The notes beneath the pieces are model-generated. The model made no database searches. It was not told the origin of the DNA and worked only from the letters and a program-made list of their open reading frames with translations. A DNA stretch of 64,000 nucleotides, taken from contig JAMCYU010000001.1 of NCBI GenBank assembly GCA_023473585.1, forward strand, positions 66,507-130,506, written 5' to 3'. Below, one piece after another: positions 58,901 through 64,000 of this stretch. The number at the start of each line of letters is the position of its first letter. The first letter of the stretch is position 1. The DNA comes from Patescibacteria group bacterium. GTDB lineage: Bacteria > Patescibacteriota > Microgenomatia > JAMCYU01. The position numbers and the translations under genes were made by a program.

Positions 58901-61900
58901 GGTAACGGTCAAAGTCGCGGATCGGTCTTCGGTATTTAAATCACTGCATAATCCGGCCACTGATTCGGCTTGATAGGTTAAATCATTTTCCGAACTTTCC
59001 CTCACCCTATAAGTGCCAACCGGAATAACGGCGTCCTGACCGGTAATAAAAGATCCATCAATTCCGTCTATAGCAAATGACCAAGAGTTAGGTGAAGCGT
59101 CTCCTTGAGAAACGACTTTTTCAAAGGTAACTCTTCCGTAAGTTGTGGCCGGAGCATTCCCAAAATCTTTACCGGTTGCGTTTGATCCTTGAGTTATTGT
59201 CCAGTAACCGTCAGGCATTGGATAAGTTTGGGTGTAGCCGTTTTGCGTTACCTCACCGATAATGACATTGCCAGAAATGTTGGGCAAAGAAAACGTATAA
59301 TTACCGGAATCATCAGTTAACGTCTGGGTAATTACTTTATAGATCTCAACATGCAAAGCTCCCGTATCGTTGCTTGGGTAAAAATCACTGATTTGAAATT
59401 TAAGAGCCGCGCCGCTACCGGTTACCATCTGCCAATAAACATGGCTTGCATTGTACGCTCCCCAATTCGGCGAAGTTCCGTCGATCTGCAAATCAAGCAG
59501 GGTTGGCCCGTAACTTTCGTAATGCTGAACATAATCCGTCCAACCGGTATTGGGCGCGCGTTTGGAATATTTGGCGTCGGCCGTAATCCCATCACCCGCG
59601 TCATAGGTGTTGGAAACCCTAATGGCATAAGCGATCCCGCTATTTAATACAGGCGAAGTAACTTCAGGCGTATTTAAAGCCTGGACATCGCTTTCCCATG
59701 CTTTCTGTCCGACAAAAATCGTCCAATCCGAAAGACCCGATTCTCCTTCATCTTTAATTCCATCCCCATTTAAATCATTGAATTTCACCCCAGTGATTTT
59801 CTTATTAAGCGGATCGTTTTCAAAATTATAAGTTTCCTGTCTATTTACTTGATAAACACCACCTTCTGGGGCAACTTGAATCCACCCTGGACGAGAACCT
59901 TCAGCAACATAAATTCCATCATTAACTACCTCACAAATCCTTCCAAATTCATAACCACCTTCTTCATCGGTCGGGGTCTTGGAAATAATTCTGTAGATGT
60001 TAACCGTTAATGAACCAGAATTGTCCCCATACCCGCTGTCCCAAATGCTAAAGTTGGCCGGTGAACCACTGCCGGTATAAATTGTTGAGTAACGATGAGT
60101 GGGATTATATTCGCCCCAATCAATGTTTGAACCACTGATTAAGACATCTAAGGCATTCGTCCAGACTGGTGGAAAAACATCCTCTCCTTTTTTCCATCCC
60201 GGCCCATAACTCCAATCTGGTCTATCTGAATATTCAGCATCGGCTTGGCCAGAACTTCCACCGGCTCCTGGAGTAATATAAGTATAAGTTCCCGAAACTT
60301 CTACATAATAATCTTCACTATTGTTAAGGGAAACCGAAGAAGGATAACTGTTACCATTAGGCAAAACATTAACAGTGTCAATTTTTTCCAGAAGATAAAT
60401 TGGCCAATCTTCGACTCCTTCTTCGGTGTCAGCATTTATTTTCCGCCCGGAAATTTCACCACACCACTTACATTCGTATCCCAAAGCTTCTACCCAGTTA
60501 ACGGCAATTTGACCCCATGTTTGACATCCTGACCAAATCGTGTTGGTAGCATGAAGTCGAACATTTATATCACCAGTTAAATTAGGAACTGCAACCTCAA
60601 TCGTGTTCCAAAGCTCGGTACTATCTAAAACATCAGTGTAGTGAGCCGTTAAAACTCCATTGACATAAACATCATAATCATCAAAATTTGAAAGACCATC
60701 TAAAGCCCGAATTTTGAGTTTATTAACATATTTGTTACCCGCATGAATGACAAAAGAGGCATCTCTTTCTACTTCACTTCCACCACATTCAGTATTTCCT
60801 ACAATTAAGCCGAAAGCAGGAACGGGCGTTCCGTCTCGCCCGCCATAATTCCCCGTCCCCGGATCAGCTCCCCAACCGGAAGCATTATGAGCAATTTCAC
60901 TGTCACTATTCCCCAAATCAATAGAATCTACCAGTCCATCATTAGTTGGCTCACCAACCTCACAAATACCACTTTGTTCGATTAGCTCACAGGAAGAATT
61001 GCAAAGAAATCCTTCTTGCCCATTATTCGCCTGCCCATAGTCACATTTCTCGCTTGACTGATTAACAATTCCGTCTCCACAATAAGGACGAGTACAATCA
61101 TATCCGGAAACTTCTGCCCAGTTAACTGTCACTTGTCCCCAACCGTTACATCCTCCCCAGGCCGGATCGGTTGACTTCAGTGTCACCATCACTGGACCCT
61201 CTAACCCATTTCCGGAAGGACCAGGCACTGGAAATATCTGTGTTCCCCAAATCTCTCCACCTTGACCGTTATCTTTATAATGCGCCAGGAAATTCCCATT
61301 GACTAAAACATCAAAACCGTCTGTTCCGCTAATACCATCAAGCGCTCTAATACTCAATGAAGTAATATATTTACCAGTTTGCCCTATGGTAAATCCTGCC
61401 GTTGCCGAAGTTGGACTAATACATTCATCGCTTCCTGGACCAACTACCATCCCGACCCATTCATGACCATCCCATCCTCCATAGGTAGAATCTGAAGGAT
61501 TTCCGTTCGCTGGTCGCCAACCATTCCTATTAAACGGATCACCATTATTTCCGTCAATATCAATCTTTTGAGAAAAGGTTTGAATTTGGGATTGATTTGG
61601 ACAAGAAGAAGTTGCGTTGTTCCACGTACACGAAGTGGAACAAGAAGTTGTAGAACCGTTATTTTGCCCGAAATCACACTGTTCACCTGAGTCTAAAATT
61701 CCATTACCGCAGAGTTGTTGATCTGGATCAACTTGATAATTATCTTTTTTGTTCTCAAAATCAACGCCATATTCGCCACAGTCGTTATTGGCAACTGTGT
61801 AAGCGTCAAAACAAAAGCCGCCATTTATATCTGTTTGACGAGATCCTGAAGCTACGATTTGATTCGGATCACAAGAAGCTCCCTCTGGTTTACCTTCAAT

Positions 61901-62875
61901 ATTCCAATCGTAGGAAGTATTCGGGTTGAAACCACTACCGTTGATATAAACATGATGACCTTTGGGATAATGATTTATATCTTGCTGGTCTGTTCCACAA
62001 CTTCCATCTGTGGTCCAAATTGACCCACTACCTCCATTTACCGACGTATCAGCATCAGTAAATGTCGTTGCGGCGACAATTCTATCACCATCTTTGATTT
62101 CGGCTTTATAATTCGGCCTGTAGGTTCCGTCTAATTGGTAAGAATAGAAAAGATTACCTTTATCATCTGCTGTCACTTTGGTTTCGAAATTAACCGAAGG
62201 CAAGTCTTGGGAAGTAATAATTAAGGTGTAGCCTTTATTTGGCATAAAGCCCGTGCCGGTGATTAAAACCGTATCCGTCGGCGCGTAGTCGAGTTTGTCG
62301 GTGACAATTTTGGCGCTGCCTTCGGTTTGGAAATCTAAGTCGAGTTTGTCAATCGAGGCGGCCTTGGTATCTTCTAAAATAATCGCTGCTAAATGGCCGT
62401 TTTCTTTTGGTTCCGGAGTAGTTGTGGGTTCGGGCGAAGTTGTGGCTTGGGTTTGATCGCCGTTAACTTGGGGCGTGCTGCTTGCGGTTTCTTCTGGTGG
62501 CGCCTGCGGTTGATTGGCAGGAGAAGTCGTTTCCGGTTTTGGAGCTTCTGAAGGCTGCGGACTATTCGTCAGTTCCGGTGTCACGCTTGGTTTAACCGTT
62601 ATCTCCGGCGTCGGACTCACGTTCGGGGTTGGACTTACTTTTGGAGTAATTTCCGGTTCGGGAGAAGAAGTTATCGCTGGTGTCTCTGTTGGTATTGGTG
62701 TTGGTTCAGCCGTAACGGTCGGTTCCGGTGTCGGCGTTGCCCCTTGAGAATAAACCGGCTGATATAAAAAAATGCCGCTGGAAATTTGGAAAATTAAAGA
62801 AAAAATAGAAAAAACGGAGAAAATCCTTTGCAGTTTTTTAAGTTTCCTTTGACTTAGGTTAAGAAAACTGACCAT
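55976..62875 (-). CDS. Giant (about 2300 aa) multi-domain cell-surface adhesin-like protein, probable sortase substrate
   Basis: Signal peptide; Pro/Thr/Glu-rich linker; 2 Myxococcus-type Cys-rich repeats (CGNGILDSGEQCDFG, CGDGIVNQSSEKCDYG); duplicated about 170-aa modules ending WGQ(V/I)xVNW(A/V)E(V/A)xGY(D/E)C; 5 SdrD-B/CnaB-like repeats (DxNxDGxxDxGExGLxxW(T/E)I); DUF11-like domain; Fn3-like domain; two TM-plus-basic sorting-signal-like segments; track start TTG 62932 rejected in favour of ATG 62875. Confidence 0.7.
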   Translation of the reverse strand: MVSFLNLSQRKLKKLQRIFSVFSIFSLIFQISSGIFLYQPVYSQGATPTPEPTVTAEPTPIPTETPAITSSPEPEITPKVSPTPNVSPTPEITVKPSVTPELTNSPQPSEAPKPETTSPANQPQAPPEETASSTPQVNGDQTQATTSPEPTTTPEPKENGHLAAIILEDTKAASIDKLDLDFQTEGSAKIVTDKLDYAPTDTVLITGTGFMPNKGYTLIITSQDLPSVNFETKVTADDKGNLFYSYQLDGTYRPNYKAEIKDGDRIVAATTFTDADTSVNGGSGSIWTTDGSCGTDQQDINHYPKGHHVYINGSGFNPNTSYDWNIEGKPEGASCDPNQIVASGSRQTDINGGFCFDAYTVANNDCGEYGVDFENKKDNYQVDPDQQLCGNGILDSGEQCDFGQNNGSTTSCSTSCTWNNATSSCPNQSQIQTFSQKIDIDGNNGDPFNRNGWRPANGNPSDSTYGGWDGHEWVGMVVGPGSDECISPTSATAGFTIGQTGKYITSLSIRALDGISGTDGFDVLVNGNFLAHYKDNGQGGEIWGTQIFPVPGPSGNGLEGPVMVTLKSTDPAWGGCNGWGQVTVNWAEVSGYDCTRPYCGDGIVNQSSEKCDYGQANNGQEGFLCNSSCELIEQSGICEVGEPTNDGLVDSIDLGNSDSEIAHNASGWGADPGTGNYGGRDGTPVPAFGLIVGNTECGGSEVERDASFVIHAGNKYVNKLKIRALDGLSNFDDYDVYVNGVLTAHYTDVLDSTELWNTIEVAVPNLTGDINVRLHATNTIWSGCQTWGQIAVNWVEALGYECKWCGEISGRKINADTEEGVEDWPIYLLEKIDTVNVLPNGNSYPSSVSLNNSEDYYVEVSGTYTYITPGAGGSSGQADAEYSDRPDWSYGPGWKKGEDVFPPVWTNALDVLISGSNIDWGEYNPTHRYSTIYTGSGSPANFSIWDSGYGDNSGSLTVNIYRIISKTPTDEEGGYEFGRICEVVNDGIYVAEGSRPGWIQVAPEGGVYQVNRQETYNFENDPLNKKITGVKFNDLNGDGIKDEGESGLSDWTIFVGQKAWESDVQALNTPEVTSPVLNSGIAYAIRVSNTYDAGDGITADAKYSKRAPNTGWTDYVQHYESYGPTLLDLQIDGTSPNWGAYNASHVYWQMVTGSGAALKFQISDFYPSNDTGALHVEIYKVITQTLTDDSGNYTFSLPNISGNVIIGEVTQNGYTQTYPMPDGYWTITQGSNATGKDFGNAPATTYGRVTFEKVVSQGDASPNSWSFAIDGIDGSFITGQDAVIPVGTYRVRESSENDLTYQAESVAGLCSDLNTEDRSATLTVTEDGGTCTFINTKLGQITAHKFEDNNQDGLENGNDRGLAGWEMGVYEGFDCGGQMIGEGTEDTDQNGNAVFPNLVPGEYSVREENLTEGWTNTTDLCQNVDLTLGEEKIIKFGNFRLGMIQGKKYEDLNDNSKYNAGEPYLDQWTIRVYKAAEEGWNKVDELITGHTGITGQYRADGLSLGTYYLCEVLPSGWIQTDPRGKEGFANQSRATDEAPRCRKAIINHSGDRDNTGKNFGNLHYGSISGLKYEDINVNGSREENEGGLSEWTIQLKDIEGTILRTTTTATESGTYTFENVISGTYQVCEESQKGWQRTQPTDSDCQTVVVNPGQETTDMNFGNFKLGEVSGWKWDDYNGNGFWDEGEPALSGWEICLSPSEEPTFRFTEQDNGNCVQTNDNGYFEFTGLRAGNYRLTETAQPGWDQTWPVDPNYYDLTINSGSSYGGEECNGQPRGGEFVTNLVRQPFCTNFGNELQPITLTLSKINNILGSMGPGGTVTYTLTVTNTSKIIARDVSVRDTLPIGFGYVASSTTGASEPTVTGQNIVWSLGNLNPDAIVTITYQAKTDSSLQEGKYPNVALAWGNNRVLNAADNYKTYTDPAWSWVNLIPGVSLSAGIGGTIQQVLGASTETGKVLGAATGAETGWLILAILMIFLGLALKNLGKLRKLIKMMILVAPLLFGLTYAKPAQAANLTVQITTLPEYKNTPVFKLSYTALQTKGEPIQAQFYYHKEGGPELAFGSLLNGETGSIETTTAIVNEQGKYYFKVAATGGGESASSETSTTVDWNNPKTPTNYRKDRAGANAFKIFWKNPDSSDFYKVFIYRSDKRDFTADNGTKIGERGGVPNEDINYLDNSIPWSGETYYALRAIDKAGNASDLVGDGGSITYVEVSPSPGTQSAGETQPLPVAGGVAGGEVLGQGTEGSPAAGAEPQAGTQPSSGTNTGATNGILGGGSKLIWVLGGLGLLALAFYFFSRRSS

Positions 62876-62903
62876 AAAAAATCTTCTGGGCAGAATTACG
62901 GTG

Positions 62904-62932
62904 ATTATATAATTAAAAATACGGGTTGTCAA
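62904..62932 (-). promoter_or_regulatory. Consensus sigma70-type promoter for the adhesin gene (TTGACA-17-TATAAT)
   Basis: Minus strand TTGACA at 62932-62927, exactly 17-nt spacer, TATAAT at 62909-62904, 28 nt to ATG 62875 with AGAAGA SD-like element. Confidence 0.5.
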
Positions 62933-62939
62933 GACTGCC

Positions 62940-63527
62940 TCATTTTTTGGCCAAAACCAAAAGACGATAAAGAGTGGTTCCGGCTGGATAACAGGTTTGC
63001 AAAGTTAAAGTTTCTCCCTGAAGATTTTGTAATGTTTCGGCGACTTTATCGGGACTGACAATTTTTTTATCGGTTACCCTATAGGCGTATTTAAGAGAAT
63101 TATAGTAAACGATAATCTCGTCATTTTTTTCCAGTTTGGAGATGAGATAAAAAACGGCGTTATAACGACTGACGTTTAAGGGCGTATCGCTTGAATGGCC
63201 GAAAATAAAAACATTACCCGTCTCATTTGGCAGGATGCTTCCCTTAGCGTGAGCCACGCCTTTGGTTAAAATCGGTAAATATTCCTGAGGGTTGTTCGCA
63301 TCAACGTTGCTAAAAACTTTCACATTGAGTTCCAGCTTAGGGATAACCAAACCGAATTCTTCGGAAACCGGGGTTATTGTTTTGGGAATGGTTAATTCTT
63401 TGCCTCTTTTATTTTCCAGGTTTCGGTAGCGGATTTCCTCATTGACAATCGGCCAATAAACTAAAGCCAAAATAAGAAGACCTCCGCCAAGCAAAATCAG
63501 CCAGACATAATTTAAAACCTTAGTCAT
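62940..63527 (-). CDS. Sortase family transpeptidase (membrane-anchored)
   Basis: N-terminal TM anchor; IFGHS (His), LTLQTCYP (TLxTC catalytic Cys), LYRLLV (Arg) in canonical order and spacing. Confidence 0.7.
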   Translation of the reverse strand: MTKVLNYVWLILLGGGLLILALVYWPIVNEEIRYRNLENKRGKELTIPKTITPVSEEFGLVIPKLELNVKVFSNVDANNPQEYLPILTKGVAHAKGSILPNETGNVFIFGHSSDTPLNVSRYNAVFYLISKLEKNDEIIVYYNSLKYAYRVTDKKIVSPDKVAETLQNLQGETLTLQTCYPAGTTLYRLLVLAKK

Positions 63528-63825
63528 ATTTCGGTTCCACCGGTTCGCCGAGTTTACCCCCGTTTAAGGGGATTTTTAAAGCCCAGCCTAAAGTTTGGGC
63601 AACGGTTATTCCGACGCGAATCCCGGTAAACGAACCTGGCCCGGTTTCCACTTCAATTTCTGTTAGGTCTTCTAATTTAGTTTTATTCTTTTTGAGGATT
63701 TCGTCAACTAAAGATAAAACTTGTTGCGATTTATCAGGACCCGTCGCTTTTTCCAAACGCTCGTGATTTAACCCGACAATCGTTTTCTGATTATCTCTGG
63801 TGTCAATATAAAGTTTATTGCTCAT
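63520..63825 (-). CDS. TsaB/YeaZ-like N-terminal domain protein (short, 101 aa; possibly truncated)
   Basis: GPGSFTGIRVGITVAQTLGWAL matches TsaB/TsaD family glycine-rich block; only about half normal TsaB length; 8-nt overlap with sortase start. Confidence 0.4.
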   Translation of the reverse strand: MSNKLYIDTRDNQKTIVGLNHERLEKATGPDKSQQVLSLVDEILKKNKTKLEDLTEIEVETGPGSFTGIRVGITVAQTLGWALKIPLNGGKLGEPVEPKYD

Positions 63826-63845
63826 AATCTTTTATCGGTTCTCCT

Positions 63846-63871
63846 GATACTATGATTTAAATCATAGTATC
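63846..63871. promoter_or_regulatory. Perfect 26-bp palindrome GATACTATGATTT|AAATCATAGTATC overlapping the stop of the upstream partial ORF and directly before the tsaB-like RBS
   Basis: 13-nt arms, zero spacer, 26/26 self-complementary; AGGAG RBS follows on minus strand. Confidence 0.3.
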
Positions 63872-64000
63872 AACGGCACCCTGGCGGATGATTTTCCAAG
63901 GCTTAACCGAACAATCAAGAACCGTCGAGGCTTTTTTTAATGAACACTCGCCGGGCAAGACCAAATCGACTAACTTAACTAGCTCTGGATCCAAATCGGT
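63857..64000 (-). CDS. C-terminal 47 codons of an unidentified gene continuing beyond the window
   Basis: Only frame open from window edge; ends ...GAVDTMI-TAA with stop in palindrome centre. Confidence 0.25.
   Translation of the reverse strand, partial: TDLDPELVKLVDLVLPGECSLKKASTVLDCSVKPWKIIRQGAVDTMI

Noticed and set aside
62200-62700. Pro/Thr-rich region read as a separate low-complexity gene or tandem DNA repeat
   Set aside because: It is in frame within the adhesin between the signal peptide and the first folded module. It is not a nucleotide-level tandem repeat, and is interpreted as a linker/possible O-glycosylation region.
832-62747. Numerous 60-140 aa ORFs nested inside or antisense to the large genes (e.g. 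832-1095, 2445-2702, 8831-9208, 11711-12121, 15044-15385, 21616-21816, 37406-38209, 42447-43289, 44806-45138, 49343-49774, 52887-53188, 54160-54381, 56062-56640, 62514-62747)
   Set aside because: All are embedded in well-supported CDSs on other frames or the opposite strand. They have Arg/Gly/Pro-rich or low-complexity translations typical of antisense reading of AT-rich coding DNA.
62876-62932. Track start of the giant ORF at 62932 (MTTRIFNYIITVILPRRFF...)
   Set aside because: The start codon is a TTG that forms the -35 box of a perfect TTGACA-17-TATAAT promoter. The first ATG (62875) precedes a textbook signal peptide, so the 19-aa extension is an artefact.
1-64000. CRISPR arrays, tRNA/rRNA genes, IS elements
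   Set aside because: No spacer-repeat arrays, cloverleaf-like GC-rich segments or transposase-like ORFs were seen. The only repeats are two-copy promoter-associated motifs.
1-64000. Alternative genetic code (e.g. UGA recoding as in some CPR lineages)
   Set aside because: Standard-code ORFs are full length, tile the sequence with coupled overlaps and end at conserved C-termini. There is no sign of in-frame stops splitting recognisable domains.

Overview
This is an AT-rich, very gene-dense window with strong minus-strand bias. It looks like a Gram-positive-type or CPR/Patescibacteria-like genome: a sortase is present and no outer-membrane machinery is seen. The standard genetic code fits. Most of the window is one large cell-envelope glycosylation island. 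A roughly 36.7 kb run of about 30 co-directional, overlapping minus-strand genes (6463-43171) encodes about 12 GT2, 2 GT4, 10 or more polytopic GT-C-type membrane proteins, two Wzx-like flippases and an ABC-2 exporter. The GT-C proteins include PMT/ArnT-like, YfhO-like and PIG-V-like members, a three-member family with an 'HSGF...HDxEH...PPRW...GYGYP' N-terminus, and a TMTC-like protein with TPR repeats. This run is bounded by nucleotide-sugar genes at 1366-3097 (an SDR epimerase/dehydratase and a PseB/CapD-like dehydratase) and by a B12-binding radical-SAM protein. A second minus operon (53664 down to 43995) links a CAP-domain surface protein to rmlA/rmlB/rmlD (no rmlC), ugd, a UDP-xylose synthase, a Gmd/Rmd-like dehydratase, a Ppm1-like GT2-GtrA fusion and an ArnT/PMT-like GT-C. 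Together these look like a complete lipid-linked protein O-glycosylation module. A small YerC/TrpR-like regulator, flanked by 27-nt direct repeats, sits divergent to the ABC/GT operon. The right end encodes a subtilisin, a CN-hydrolase, a ~2300-aa multi-domain surface adhesin and, directly upstream of it, a sortase. The adhesin carries a Pro/Thr linker, Myxococcus-type Cys-rich repeats, five SdrD-B/CnaB-like repeats, DUF11 and Fn3-like domains. It has two sorting-signal-like segments but no LPXTG, and has a perfect TTGACA-17-TATAAT promoter. Function calls rest on motif recognition by eye; no database searches were run.
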